DNA of 61,943 bases from Myxococcota bacterium (GTDB lineage Bacteria > Myxococcota > UBA727 > JAHDBA01). The stretch lies in the NCBI GenBank assembly GCA_020627505.1, contig JAHDGS010000004.1, positions 1 through 61,943 of the forward strand, written 5' to 3'. A program made the translations under genes and the position numbers. Positions 44,093 through 54,522 of the stretch are shown here, piece by piece; position 1 is the first letter of the stretch; each line of letters opens with the position of its first letter. The notes beneath the pieces were generated by a model. It saw only the letters and a program-made list of their open reading frames with translations, searched no databases and had not been told where the DNA came from.

Positions 44093-45361
44093 CTATGGCC
44101 ACAACCCACGTGCACCATACACGTTTTTGAGTTTTTCTAGCGCGATCGCATACGCACCTGTCCGCATACCAACGCCCAATTCTTCGGCCTTCATCACTGT
44201 TTGATCGTAAATGCGACGCATACGTCTTTCAAGTTTTTCTTCAACACGTTCTTTATACCAACTTTCGCTACGTTTATTTTGAAGCCACTCGTAATAACTC
44301 ACGATCACACCACCGGAATTGGCGAGAACATCAGGTATCAAGTCGATACCACGCTCCTGAATGACGCGTTCACCATCTAAATCGACCGGACCATTCGCCG
44401 CCTCAATCACCATTTGACATTTTAAGCTTTTGGCTTCTTCTTCAAGTATTTGAAGCTCGAGTGCCGCCGGCACCATAATATCACACTCAACACCAAAGAA
44501 CTGTTCACGTGAGATAGCCTCTGCTTTTGGATAACCATTCAGTCCGCGATGCACTTGTACCCATTGGCTGAGCTCTGCCGGATTCAAACCATCTTGGTTC
44601 ATAAAATAACCCGTATGATCGCCAACAGCAACCACCAAGGCCCCTTTTCGAGCCATAATACGAGCGACATTCGAACCAACATTACCGTAGCCTTGTATCG
44701 CCAGGCGAGCACCATCAAGATCAAAACCTTTGCGCTCAGCCCAAGCCTCAATGCAATGAACAACACCTTGGCCCGTCGCTGCCGTTCGGCCTTGTGAGCC
44801 ACCACAAATCAAACTCTTGCCTGTCACAACTGCACGCATAGTTTGACGGTTATTGGTCGACTTCAAGTTCGCGTAGGTGTCCATCATCCAGTCCATGATT
44901 TGTGAATTGGTCCCCATATCTGGCGCTGGAATATCCCATTCTGGTCCGATGTTATCACCAAGTGCATGCGTAAAGCGACGCGTAATACGTTCAAGATCTT
45001 CTGCGCTATACTCACGTGGCGAAAACTTAATACCACCTTTGCCTCCACCATAAGGAATCCCAGCGAGCGCACACTTCCACGTCATCCAGGTCGCAAGCGC
45101 TTTTACTTCATCCAGGTGCACATCATGGTGATAGCGCATACCACCTTTGAATGGGCCAAGCGCGTTATTATGTTGAATACGGTAGCCTTTAAACATCTTG
45201 ACTTCACCAGAAGTCAACTGCACTGGAAAATGCACAATGACTTCATTCTTAGGTTGAGACAAAATTGCTCTTAAGTTTGCGTCCGCACCGATGGCGTCAA
45301 AAGCACGTTCGAGTTGCTGTTCCGCCATCTTAAATAGATTTTGTTTTGAGCCGTTTGACAT
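44093..45361 (-). CDS. gdhA: Glu/Leu/Phe/Val dehydrogenase family, glutamate dehydrogenase
   Basis: Catalytic block KGGMRYHHDVHLDEVKALATWMTWKCALAGIPYGGGKGGI and dinucleotide loop IQGYGNVGS. I prefer the ATG at 45361 (GAGGTG RBS) over the track start at 45391. Confidence 0.9.
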   Translation of the reverse strand: MSNGSKQNLFKMAEQQLERAFDAIGADANLRAILSQPKNEVIVHFPVQLTSGEVKMFKGYRIQHNNALGPFKGGMRYHHDVHLDEVKALATWMTWKCALAGIPYGGGKGGIKFSPREYSAEDLERITRRFTHALGDNIGPEWDIPAPDMGTNSQIMDWMMDTYANLKSTNNRQTMRAVVTGKSLICGGSQGRTAATGQGVVHCIEAWAERKGFDLDGARLAIQGYGNVGSNVARIMARKGALVVAVGDHTGYFMNQDGLNPAELSQWVQVHRGLNGYPKAEAISREQFFGVECDIMVPAALELQILEEEAKSLKCQMVIEAANGPVDLDGERVIQERGIDLIPDVLANSGGVIVSYYEWLQNKRSESWYKERVEEKLERRMRRIYDQTVMKAEELGVGMRTGAYAIALEKLKNVYGARGLWP

Positions 45362-45429
45362 GTTCACCTCACGTGAAACATGTCTATTCAATCCCTAAAG
45401 AAAAGGCAAACGATTCTAGTGATTTCACA

Positions 45430-46032
45430 CTATTTTGAGCGCAAATCATACCAACGCGATGCGCCATTAAAATTAGATTTGAATCTTAGATACTTGGTTG
45501 ACTCAGGCTGACTCGTGACTTGTTCGAGAAAACCTAATATCTCTTCCGATTGCTTCTCCGAGATATCATGGATGGCAAGAAACAAACCACCATCTCGTTC
45601 ACTTGCATTAATCGAAAGTTGTTCTTCAGTCAGCGAAAAAGCACTTGATAGATCTTTTAGAATTTGATGTTCTTCAGCTGTTAATTCACGATCAGAAATC
45701 CCCATATCATATTCGATAGAAGCGATCGCGTCTTCTAAATCGATACAATCTTCTGCTTCAACGATTTGCTTCGATAATATTTCGATCTTCACTTTTTGCT
45801 CTGTGCTGGGCGGTTCGCGTTCAGATACTGCTTTGAGTACGCCACCAATACCTAATGATGTGCCAATCAAACCACCAATCCCCAAAAGACCAAGTCCAAT
45901 TGCCTCTAATTGATCTCTGAGCGGACTCTTCTGCTCGACAACCGGTTGATTTTCAACACTTTTTTTCGTGATCGGATCCGTCTGAGGTCGCTGCACCGTG
46001 CCATACTGATTTGAAGCTTTATTAATTACCAT
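45430..46032 (-). CDS. hypothetical membrane-anchored protein
   Basis: Gly-rich TM segment (AIGLGLLGIGGLIGTSLGIGGVL) followed by an acidic helical domain. No motif recognised. Confidence 0.6.
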   Translation of the reverse strand: MVINKASNQYGTVQRPQTDPITKKSVENQPVVEQKSPLRDQLEAIGLGLLGIGGLIGTSLGIGGVLKAVSEREPPSTEQKVKIEILSKQIVEAEDCIDLEDAIASIEYDMGISDRELTAEEHQILKDLSSAFSLTEEQLSINASERDGGLFLAIHDISEKQSEEILGFLEQVTSQPESTKYLRFKSNFNGASRWYDLRSK

Positions 46033-46083
46033 AAATCCCCCATGAATATTATCGGCTCATTTTATAGAAACTTGAGGTAGATC

Positions 46084-46545
46084 TTATTTCGCGTAGGGAG
46101 AATGATCTTTAATCGCCTGCGCACGATATATCTGCTCCATCAACACGACATATGCTAAGCGGTGTGGAAATGTCAGCCGACTTAGAGATATTGATAAGTC
46201 ACTCTGTTTTAAAACATCTGGGTGATGTCCGGTACTCCCCCCAATGAGAAACGAGATGTTTTTGTGGGTCGACAATCTCTTCTCAAGCATCGCGGTAAAG
46301 GCATTTGTGTCATATGATTGTCCCTCTGCATCAAGGACAATACGATAGGTTGCACGACTTTCACTCAATAGCCACTCCCCCTCTAACTTTAGTCGTTGTG
46401 GATCGCGGTCGTCACCATGTTTGGGTTGTTGATAACGTAACTCAGCTAAATAAGGCTTGCGTAAGCGACTACGATATTCATCGGCCTGAATGAGCAGCGC
46501 ATCTTTCTTCTTAAAATGCCCTATCGCACATATGACAATCGACAT
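46084..46545 (-). CDS. rlmH: 23S rRNA (pseudouridine1915-N3)-methyltransferase RlmH
   Basis: SPOUT-family layout of about 153 aa. FLIGGSTGHHPDVLKQSDLSISLSRLTFPHRLAYVVLMEQIYRA matches the RlmH C-terminal knot. It lies directly downstream of rsfS, as in many bacteria. Confidence 0.9.
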   Translation of the reverse strand: MSIVICAIGHFKKKDALLIQADEYRSRLRKPYLAELRYQQPKHGDDRDPQRLKLEGEWLLSESRATYRIVLDAEGQSYDTNAFTAMLEKRLSTHKNISFLIGGSTGHHPDVLKQSDLSISLSRLTFPHRLAYVVLMEQIYRAQAIKDHSPYAK

Positions 46546-46553
46546 GCGTTTGA

Positions 46554-46988
46554 TTATTCAACAGCGCGATGCGCCTCAAGCCATGCCGCTCCAATTGCTT
46601 CATCCACGATCACTTGGTCTGCATCTTTCCAAAAACCTTCTAAATCATAGTAATCGCGCGCACCGGCATAAAATACGTGCACAATAAAGTCTCCATAATC
46701 CTGAAGAATCCAAGCACTTGCACGTTCCCCCTCAATATGTTGTGGCATCACATTACATAGACGCATCTCAGTCTCGATATTCTTCGCGATCGCGGACGTT
46801 TGTCTCTCATTTGAGGCCGAGACGATCAAAAAATAGTCTGTATAAGATGTTCGCTCACCAACAGACAAAATGATTGGATTTTCAGCTTTTTTATCAAGGG
46901 CTGCTGCAGCGGCTGCTTGAACAACTTCAATATCAAAAATCGGATTCGGCGGTGTTGAGCTCATAGCTGATCGCTTTAGCAGTCTCAC
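46554..46988 (-). CDS. rsfS: ribosome silencing factor RsfS
   Basis: TDYFLIVSASNERQTSAIAKNI and WILQDYGDFIVHVFYAGARDYYDLEGFW are the family's hallmark blocks. GTG start, with an alternative ATG at 46964. Confidence 0.9.
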   Translation of the reverse strand: MRLLKRSAMSSTPPNPIFDIEVVQAAAAAALDKKAENPIILSVGERTSYTDYFLIVSASNERQTSAIAKNIETEMRLCNVMPQHIEGERASAWILQDYGDFIVHVFYAGARDYYDLEGFWKDADQVIVDEAIGAAWLEAHRAVE

Positions 46989-48105
46989 CCAGATTCTGCG
47001 AGAGAATAATGCGCTCTGACGAAAAAGATACCGAAGTGGGTGGATACGTCAGCGACTCGAACACGCCAACATAACGGTCTTGACCATCCGACATTGCACG
47101 ACGAAATCGAGGTGGCGGCGCCTCATCAGAAAAAGAAACATCAGTGATGAAACTACCGAGTTCGGACGTCTTGAGCCCCTCATTGGTCCTCAATTCAAGT
47201 CCAACCGCCGTCACATCTTCACTGCTCGCTCCACCAGTTAGGGTTTCTTCATTTTTATTTAAAATATACTCACGCGTCTCACTCAACTCGGAGCCATCAG
47301 AATAACCACTATGAAGCGCTGTCTGGGTGTTCGCAGGAGCATCTGCTAAGTCATTTTGCACCGTCTCATCCAAATGATTTTGAAGTGGTTTCAAATCAGG
47401 AACCAATACAATCACACCAATCACTTCCAAAAATCGAAGCAATAAAATGGCATCGTCGATATGTGGCGCATGATTCAACGCCGCATATAAATTTTCATTA
47501 AAATCGATCTTTGCGAACCATTGCCGAATATTTTTGGGACATCGCTCGAGATCCGATTCGTGAATTTGAATCGTCCGGATATAGCCTTGCCCATTTTTAT
47601 GAACATATTGACTTCTCAGATTTGATGTAAATGTTTCGCTCAGCGCCTCCCAAACAAGCCAGTTCGTATTGAGAGGAGAGCGTTTCGCCCCATCAGCTGG
47701 CTGCTCATCTGGCGCAAAACCAATTTCGTTATTTTGCAGTCGACATATCCACAACATATGTTCAAAAGCTTGCAGGTCGAGTAACGCATTGAGCTGGTCA
47801 TCAGATAAATTGGCACATCGCTGATAGACAGCACCTGGCTTCTTATTTTCAAGCACAATTTCTTGCTGGGCTTGCATAAATGTAATCGAGTTCACAAGCC
47901 CATTTTTAAGAACGAGATATCCGAACGGAATGTCTGACTCAGACATGTTCACCCCGCACACGGCCCCTTCTTCAAAATATAACATGTTCTCACGTGTGCC
48001 ATCAACCAGACGAAGTTTTCCTGTCAACTGGCGTGATTGAATATCAACCAGAATCGCCCACAGCGGCCGGGATAGATTCAACTGAGGTATCGTAACATCA
48101 ACCAT
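46933..48105 (-). CDS. hypothetical protein with an N-terminal DUF4388-like domain
   Basis: The N-terminus LTGKLRLVDGTRENMLYFEEGAVCGV resembles the DUF4388 (PatA-N-like) domain common in delta-proteobacterial lineages. The rest is unassigned. The 3' end overlaps the rsfS start. Confidence 0.6.
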   Translation of the reverse strand: MVDVTIPQLNLSRPLWAILVDIQSRQLTGKLRLVDGTRENMLYFEEGAVCGVNMSESDIPFGYLVLKNGLVNSITFMQAQQEIVLENKKPGAVYQRCANLSDDQLNALLDLQAFEHMLWICRLQNNEIGFAPDEQPADGAKRSPLNTNWLVWEALSETFTSNLRSQYVHKNGQGYIRTIQIHESDLERCPKNIRQWFAKIDFNENLYAALNHAPHIDDAILLLRFLEVIGVIVLVPDLKPLQNHLDETVQNDLADAPANTQTALHSGYSDGSELSETREYILNKNEETLTGGASSEDVTAVGLELRTNEGLKTSELGSFITDVSFSDEAPPPRFRRAMSDGQDRYVGVFESLTYPPTSVSFSSERIILSQNLGETAKAISYELNTAESDF

Positions 48106-48186
48106 ACCTGATATTGTTGAACATTTATCTGTGAAAAGCCAGTTTAAGGGTTCTTTTCTTTTGGGTTTCTTGATAGAGAAATAGGG

Positions 48187-50727
48187 ATGAAGTTCTCACA
48201 AGATATTTGGAATAATCCGTTGGTGCGGTTGCTGCGTGTTCTCGGATTTATCGGAACAATTAGCCTGCTATGCGGTATCATTGCGTTCACAGCAATGTGG
48301 CATCACTTCGACAATGATTTGCCTGAACTCAAGCAAGCTCAAGATTACCGACCACCACTATCCTCCAGAATTTATTCTGTTGATGGGCGCCTAATTGGAG
48401 AATTTGGTACGGAAAAAAGACGTGTTGTTCCGTATGCGCAAATTCCCAAACAGTTGATTCAGGCCTTGATCGCGACCGAAGACAAAAAATTCTTCGAACA
48501 TGGTGGCATCGATTATGTGGGAAATATCCGGGCGATTATTTATCGACTGATTGGTAAAAGCGATCGAATTGGTGGCACATCTACCATCACACAACAAGTT
48601 GCACGCTCACTCCTTGTTTCTCAACTGGGATTTAAAGAAGCCACAAAACGTTCCATTTTTAGAAAGCTCAAAGAAGCAATCATCGCCAAAAAGCTCGAAC
48701 AAAATCTCACCAAAGAAGAAATTATTTGGATTTATCTGAACCATGCGAACCTGGGTCACGGCGCATATGGTATCGCATCAGCGGCAGAAAATTACTTTCG
48801 AAAAGATGTGACTGAGCTCAATCTTGCAGAGGTCTCTCTCATCGCGGGCCTTCCCCAAGCCCCAAGTCGCTACTCACCGTTTATTAACCCAAAACTTGCT
48901 CGAACAAGACAGCAAACTGTTTTGTCGCGCATGGTCCGCAATGGTTTTATTTCAGAAGCAGATAAAAAAGCTGCCCTACAAAAAAGTGTCGAGCAAACCG
49001 TTCATGCACGGGATAATCGCTTCCTTGAAACGGCACCTTATTTTACAGAACATGTTCGGCGTTATTTATACGACACTTATGGTGAAGATATGCTTTATCG
49101 GGGTGGCCTCGAAGTTCACACGACACTCGATCTTGAGCGACAAGCATATGCGGAAGATGCACTCATCGATGGCATTCGATGGACCGATAAGCGACAAGGT
49201 TATTTCGGGCCAATCGCGAGGCTCAATCAAGCATCACATCAATCTATGTTTTTGAAGTGGCTTAAAGAACAGCAGGGAGAAAAACAGATTACACTCGATA
49301 CACCATTACTTGCCCTCGTCGCTCAAGTTGACGACAAAACATCTGGTGGCGCAACAATCGACATAGGACATAAACAAAAATATCAGCTGTCGATGGCTGG
49401 CATGCGCTGGGCTAGAGCCCCCGATCCTGAAGCCTACATAGAAGGCGCACGACCACAAAAACCATCGGACGTCATTCAAGTTGGAGATGTGATTCTTGTG
49501 ACACCAATTGAGAGAAGCCTTCTTAAAGACCTCGCCCATGGTCCAAAGTATGTTAAAAGTATCCCAAAAAAAATAGATCAAGATGATCGCGATCAACAAA
49601 TCTATTTTATGCTCGACCAGGTGCCCAACGTTCAAGGTGCGCTCATCGCCATGAATCCAGAAAATGGTTATGTCGAAGCGATGATCGGTGGTTATGCGTT
49701 TGAAGAAAGTGAATTTAATCGTGCGTTCCAAGCTTGTCGCCAACCAGGCTCCTCTTTTAAGCCCATCGTTTATTCTGCCGCGATCTCGTTAAAAGAATAT
49801 ACGCCTGCAACGATGATTCTCGATACGCCAATCACCGTTCGAGATACAGATATTGGGCAAAGTTGGAAACCTGAGAACTTTGCAGGAGGATATTTGGGGC
49901 AAGTCCCTGCGCGCGTCGCGCTGATGAATTCGATGAATGTTCCAGCTTTGAAGACAATGGAAGATGTTGGTATCGAAAACGTTGTCAACTTCGCACACCA
50001 TATGGGTATTCATACTGAACTCAAAGAAGAGATGGGCACAGCCATTGGCTCGAGTTGTGTGACCCCCTGGGAACTGACCCATGTTTATACCACTTGGGCC
50101 CGAGGCGGACTTCGGCCAGAACCTCGTTTTATTAAATCAATTCGCGATCGTGATGGGCATACCTTGGAGACCTATGGGTCACCAAAAGATTATTGGCAAT
50201 CTCGACCAGACCGAATCCGTTCACAATATCGAGATCTGCTCAAACCACCCCATCGCGTGCTCGCCCCCGAAGATGCATATGTCATTAACTATATGCTCAA
50301 ACAGGTTGCGACCCATGGTACGGCTGCAAAGGCATCAAGTCTTGGCTTTCCTGTCGCCGGAAAGACCGGAACAACCAATAATTCTTTTGATACATGGTTC
50401 GTCGGCTTCAGTCCTGAAGTTGTGACCTCTGTCTGGCTTGGCTATGATACCCGTGACATGCCACTCCATAAGCGAGAACAAGGTGGCCGCACAGCACTTC
50501 CCGTTTGGATGGATTTTATGCGAGAATCACATAAAGGGCTAAAAGTTAAACGTTTTAAACGGCCAGAAAATATATGTGAGGCTCGAATTGACTCTGAAAC
50601 AGGTGAACGACTCAATGAACCGCGTGCGGGTAGCTTTGTCGCACCATTTAAGTGTGGTTCGGAGCCAGAGCTTGGGACTGCGGCGACAGAGACACAAGAG
50701 GACGATTTAATCCAAAATATCCTCTAA
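48187..50727 (+). CDS. mrcA: class A penicillin-binding protein (PBP1A, transglycosylase/transpeptidase)
   Basis: N-terminal TM anchor. Glycosyltransferase-51 motifs ATEDKKFFEHGGID and GGTSTITQQVAR. Transpeptidase motifs SSFKP (SxxK), NSMN (SxN) and KTGTTN. Confidence 0.9.
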   Translation: MKFSQDIWNNPLVRLLRVLGFIGTISLLCGIIAFTAMWHHFDNDLPELKQAQDYRPPLSSRIYSVDGRLIGEFGTEKRRVVPYAQIPKQLIQALIATEDKKFFEHGGIDYVGNIRAIIYRLIGKSDRIGGTSTITQQVARSLLVSQLGFKEATKRSIFRKLKEAIIAKKLEQNLTKEEIIWIYLNHANLGHGAYGIASAAENYFRKDVTELNLAEVSLIAGLPQAPSRYSPFINPKLARTRQQTVLSRMVRNGFISEADKKAALQKSVEQTVHARDNRFLETAPYFTEHVRRYLYDTYGEDMLYRGGLEVHTTLDLERQAYAEDALIDGIRWTDKRQGYFGPIARLNQASHQSMFLKWLKEQQGEKQITLDTPLLALVAQVDDKTSGGATIDIGHKQKYQLSMAGMRWARAPDPEAYIEGARPQKPSDVIQVGDVILVTPIERSLLKDLAHGPKYVKSIPKKIDQDDRDQQIYFMLDQVPNVQGALIAMNPENGYVEAMIGGYAFEESEFNRAFQACRQPGSSFKPIVYSAAISLKEYTPATMILDTPITVRDTDIGQSWKPENFAGGYLGQVPARVALMNSMNVPALKTMEDVGIENVVNFAHHMGIHTELKEEMGTAIGSSCVTPWELTHVYTTWARGGLRPEPRFIKSIRDRDGHTLETYGSPKDYWQSRPDRIRSQYRDLLKPPHRVLAPEDAYVINYMLKQVATHGTAAKASSLGFPVAGKTGTTNNSFDTWFVGFSPEVVTSVWLGYDTRDMPLHKREQGGRTALPVWMDFMRESHKGLKVKRFKRPENICEARIDSETGERLNEPRAGSFVAPFKCGSEPELGTAATETQEDDLIQNIL

Positions 50728-50797
50728 TTTCGGATCTATTTGATACACTTTTCTGTATAGTGTGACGACTCACCTATCGATTTATTATCATATAAAT

Positions 50798-51550
50798 ATG
50801 TTAAGAGATCGATTCCTGGAAAAGAGCTGCGCATTTATGCCGTTAATGCTCGCATTGCTCTTAACACCTGCGTGTCTACATCAAAAGGATGCAATCGACA
50901 TGAACCAGGCCAGAGCTGAACTTCAGCCGGAAACGATACCGACTGTCGCAGAAGCAGAGATCTATTTTGACAAAAGTTGGAATGATGTAAAAAGAAGCTC
51001 TCGTTTTCAAACACCCAGAGATGGTGTTGAGGTTCGCGCGACACTGATGCGTGCCCTAACAGCGTTAGAGAAATCCAATTTTGCTGAAGCTCACAGTCAT
51101 TTCAAGGCCATTCTAGCAACAGACCTACTCACCGAAGAAGGTCGATTGAGTATGTATTGGTATGCGGCCAAAGCGGCAGAGGAAGCTAACGACCATGTTT
51201 CGGCACGTGACGCCATGGGTGGCTACGTGATTGCTGCGACACTGCTAGACAGTCTAACATCTGAACAAGCAGAACGTTATCAATCCCTTAAAGCTTCATT
51301 GCTCGCCCACAAAGTCGCCTCCAAAAAGAATTTTGGTCGTTCGCCTGATATGGCGATTCCAATATCAAATGCCAATGAGTCGACTTCTATAGTGAAAGCT
51401 TTGAGTTGTGGTCCAAGTGGATCTCTTCGATTTCATGTGATGTCGGAAGATGTGATCAATGCAGATGAGTATGGCCATTTGATGAAGCAACGTGCCTTTT
51501 GTGGCGCAACAGGGACTTCGGTCAGTTTGTGGTTTAATATATCGCAGTAA
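50798..51550 (+). CDS. hypothetical secreted/lipoprotein-like protein
   Basis: From the ATG at 50798 the N-terminus MLRDRFLEKSCAFMPLMLALLLTPAC looks like a signal sequence ending at Cys. A TPR-like helical middle follows. The track start (GTG at 50762) is less convincing. Confidence 0.55.
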   Translation: MLRDRFLEKSCAFMPLMLALLLTPACLHQKDAIDMNQARAELQPETIPTVAEAEIYFDKSWNDVKRSSRFQTPRDGVEVRATLMRALTALEKSNFAEAHSHFKAILATDLLTEEGRLSMYWYAAKAAEEANDHVSARDAMGGYVIAATLLDSLTSEQAERYQSLKASLLAHKVASKKNFGRSPDMAIPISNANESTSIVKALSCGPSGSLRFHVMSEDVINADEYGHLMKQRAFCGATGTSVSLWFNISQ

Positions 51551-51703
51551 ATACCCCACCATTTTAATCACCAAGAATGGGTATACTTTGTGCCACGAGA
51601 GGCTTCTCGTTGGCTTTTAAAGTGCGATGCCCTGATCAAAACGCCAAAATACGACCTCGTGACTATATAGGTTCAATACAACAATATATGACTTGGAATT
51701 ATT

Positions 51704-52822
51704 ATGACGACGACATCTGGTATTTTTAGTTCGGCAGCATTCAAGAACCTTCATTTCCCTGCACTTGAGGATACAACACCTCAGGACAATTACTGGGAAG
51801 ATCATTTCGATATTTCTTCCTGCCTATTCGGCGCACGACGAGACAAACCCAAGAAAGGGAACCTCGCCGAACAACGATTCGCGGCATTATTTGATGATGT
51901 TCAGTCTCTATTGAACACACCAGAGACGTTGCATCTCGACCCAACACATTTAAAATATCAACTTCGTCCTGCGCTCTTTGCACTCGAAGGACTTTATCGT
52001 TTGTACAAAAAACGCGATGGCATTTTTGAGGATGGATTAGTGCGTGTCAAAGAACTCGAAGACACCATCGGGGCGTATGACTTTTCAAACAAACTACTTA
52101 AAGCCGCAAACGAACTGGGGTTATCCGATGATGTCATCCGTCATCTTGAAGACAATAAAAAAAGCAAAGGCAGTATCCTTGAACAGCTTTTATCTCAAAA
52201 ATGGCTTGGTGATAATGGCACAAATACCTTCCAAGGTCTTAAAAAAGACATCGAACAGTTTAAGTTCAAGAAAGCGAAAAAAGAACTCAAATTTATTCGA
52301 AAAACAGTCGCAAAAGAGGCCTTAAAGACAGCCGAAAACGAACTGGATATGTCAGATATGGAGAACGGTGTTCATGAGTATCGGCGCGATTTGAGATGGT
52401 TCTCGATGTATCTCACATCGATTCAGGGCGGTGTCTATTTGGACGACAGTGTTCATCCAATTTCAGAACTTAAATCTTTGCTCGATGATGAGATTGCGAA
52501 TATGCCTTACGCCAACTTAAATGAAAGCAATCTCGTGAAAGGGGCTATTGCTCTACCGAAGAGTGTATATTTTGGTGTGATTCATGACGTCAAATATGTC
52601 GGAGACCTTAAAGACCTTGGTGAAAATGTTGAGGGGCTCGCAGCAGCACTTGTTGCAACCGGAGAAGCCAACGATATGCATGATGCTGAGGTTCAGCTAT
52701 TGAAGTTATATGGTAAGCCTGCAACACATCTTGATGATATCAGCCGAGAGGTCGAACAAATTTTTCGACGTCACCAAGATATTGGTTTACTCGAAGTATA
52801 TGCGGATGCCTTTAGCAAATAA
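51704..52822 (+). CDS. hypothetical helical protein (very tentatively CHAD-like)
   Basis: 372-aa all-helical-looking ORF. The segment GVHEYRRDLRWFSMYL resembles the conserved His/Arg helix of CHAD domains. Unverified. Confidence 0.6.
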   Translation: MTTTSGIFSSAAFKNLHFPALEDTTPQDNYWEDHFDISSCLFGARRDKPKKGNLAEQRFAALFDDVQSLLNTPETLHLDPTHLKYQLRPALFALEGLYRLYKKRDGIFEDGLVRVKELEDTIGAYDFSNKLLKAANELGLSDDVIRHLEDNKKSKGSILEQLLSQKWLGDNGTNTFQGLKKDIEQFKFKKAKKELKFIRKTVAKEALKTAENELDMSDMENGVHEYRRDLRWFSMYLTSIQGGVYLDDSVHPISELKSLLDDEIANMPYANLNESNLVKGAIALPKSVYFGVIHDVKYVGDLKDLGENVEGLAAALVATGEANDMHDAEVQLLKLYGKPATHLDDISREVEQIFRRHQDIGLLEVYADAFSK

Positions 52823-52843
52823 GGTCGAAAAGGGAATACACAT

Positions 52844-53026
52844 ATGCACATCAATAAAATCCCTGATGAAAATAGAATATTCTCGTATAGTGACTTTCAA
52901 ACCGTCACCACAACAAAAAACGGTTTAGAGGTCATTGATCATCAAGCTTCAATAAATGGAAACTGGCAGTCGATAAAAGATACTGTTGACATTGGTGTGC
53001 ATCAAGTCGCCTACTGGCTTGAATAA
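52844..53026 (+). CDS. small hypothetical protein
   Basis: 60-aa ORF filling an otherwise empty 200-nt gap. Weak AAGGG-type RBS and no motif. Confidence 0.3.
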   Translation: MHINKIPDENRIFSYSDFQTVTTTKNGLEVIDHQASINGNWQSIKDTVDIGVHQVAYWLE

Positions 53027-53029
53027 TTT

Positions 53030-53374
53030 TTAACCCGGCGGCCAACTTAAAGATCGACCACCAATAACGTGCAAGTGAATATGAAAAACGGATTGGCCAC
53101 CACCTGCCCCGACATTCATCACCAATCGATGACCAGATGATATAAGCCCTTCAATCTCAATAACTTTTTGGGCGAGAAGATATAGCTCCCCAATAACATC
53201 TTTGTCTTCTGGAGAAATATCATTCGCCGTCGCGATATGTTTTTTAGGAATCACAAGGACATGTGTAGGCGCAACGGGTGAAATATCCCGAAAAGCCAAT
53301 GCATGCTCAGATTCACAGACAATGTCGGCCGGAATTTCTCGATGAACGATTTTGCAGAATAAACAATCAGGCAT
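53030..53374 (-). CDS. HIT family (histidine triad nucleotide-binding) protein
   Basis: C-F-C-K-I N-terminal motif (CLFCKIV) and the histidine triad HIHLHVIGG. Confidence 0.9.
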   Translation of the reverse strand: MPDCLFCKIVHREIPADIVCESEHALAFRDISPVAPTHVLVIPKKHIATANDISPEDKDVIGELYLLAQKVIEIEGLISSGHRLVMNVGAGGGQSVFHIHLHVIGGRSLSWPPG

Positions 53375-53418
53375 TCCATATAATGTCCTATCTGGCGTTT
53401 AAAGAAAAGTTTCGAAAA

Positions 53419-54453
53419 TTATTTTTTATGCCGGTCAAGAAAATCAGACACGCCATACTGAACGTCATCCCACAATGCTTCTCCCATCACCGTTTCAGAA
53501 AGGACATCATGAAAAGTTGATCCATTCTTATCTGCACGCTCGATCATGTTCAATTCCCAATACTCGAAGTCTTTGATCATGCACTTAATCTTTTCGGCAC
53601 TTATCAATGCATCATTTTTATCCACAAAAATATGCGTCGGCACACTTTTTAGTCTTTCTATTGCAGCGGCATCGAGCGCCTCATGAAAAGAATCCAGTAA
53701 AGTGAAATACGATTCAATTGCTGCGACGGGTTCTCCCCAGTTTTCGGGATAGGTAGAAGTGCTCTCAACAATCCCATCTGTTTTCCCATCCATCCACCCT
53801 TCAAAGCCCGTTAGGTGCCTTCCCATAAATGAGGTTTTCCATTTGTTCTTGATGCCCGGAGCCAAAAGAACCATCACAGGATTTTCAATTCCTAATTCAG
53901 CGACAGTTCCTGATGACACAGCATCTGAAAGAAGAAGTCCGCCCATAGAGTATCCTGCCAAAATGACTTCACCTTCTTCATCTTGAAGCATTGCAAGACT
54001 ACGCTTCACATCAGCGCGCCAATCATCTGCTTTGGCATCACCAAAAGAATTAATTCGCGCTTCTTCAACTGTTAGACCTGCTTCAAGTTTATAATTTGAA
54101 GCATGGCCCTTTAGATGGGGTACAAAAACATCATAGCCACGCTCATTATAATAGGATGCCCACTCCGAAAGTCGTTTGACTTGGGTATTTAACCCATGGA
54201 CCAATAGGACAGTGCCTTTGTGTTCCTGGGTTGCGTTGCAATACCATTCTCCAGGTTGAGAGGCTTCTCCTTTTTCGTGCATGCGCTGAATTTTAAGTGC
54301 CGCTTCAAATCCTATTGTCGGCTGCTGAGCAACATACATACCATCTTGCGACATTTCTATCGGTTGTCGAAATTGTGAAGGCGCTTTATGAAACTTCAAC
54401 AGTTTTTCCGAAGGAACAGACATCACAGTCAGCCCAATCAATGATTTGATCAT
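53419..54453 (-). CDS. alpha/beta hydrolase
   Basis: HG oxyanion motif (LLVHGLN) and nucleophile elbow GYSMGG. N-terminal hydrophobic segment. Confidence 0.8.
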   Translation of the reverse strand: MIKSLIGLTVMSVPSEKLLKFHKAPSQFRQPIEMSQDGMYVAQQPTIGFEAALKIQRMHEKGEASQPGEWYCNATQEHKGTVLLVHGLNTQVKRLSEWASYYNERGYDVFVPHLKGHASNYKLEAGLTVEEARINSFGDAKADDWRADVKRSLAMLQDEEGEVILAGYSMGGLLLSDAVSSGTVAELGIENPVMVLLAPGIKNKWKTSFMGRHLTGFEGWMDGKTDGIVESTSTYPENWGEPVAAIESYFTLLDSFHEALDAAAIERLKSVPTHIFVDKNDALISAEKIKCMIKDFEYWELNMIERADKNGSTFHDVLSETVMGEALWDDVQYGVSDFLDRHKK

Positions 54454-54522
54454 TCCTCTCCCTTGATACTTTATTATGCCAATACGTGTGAAGAGAGATA
54501 TCGGACAAAAGGCGGAGCTAAA

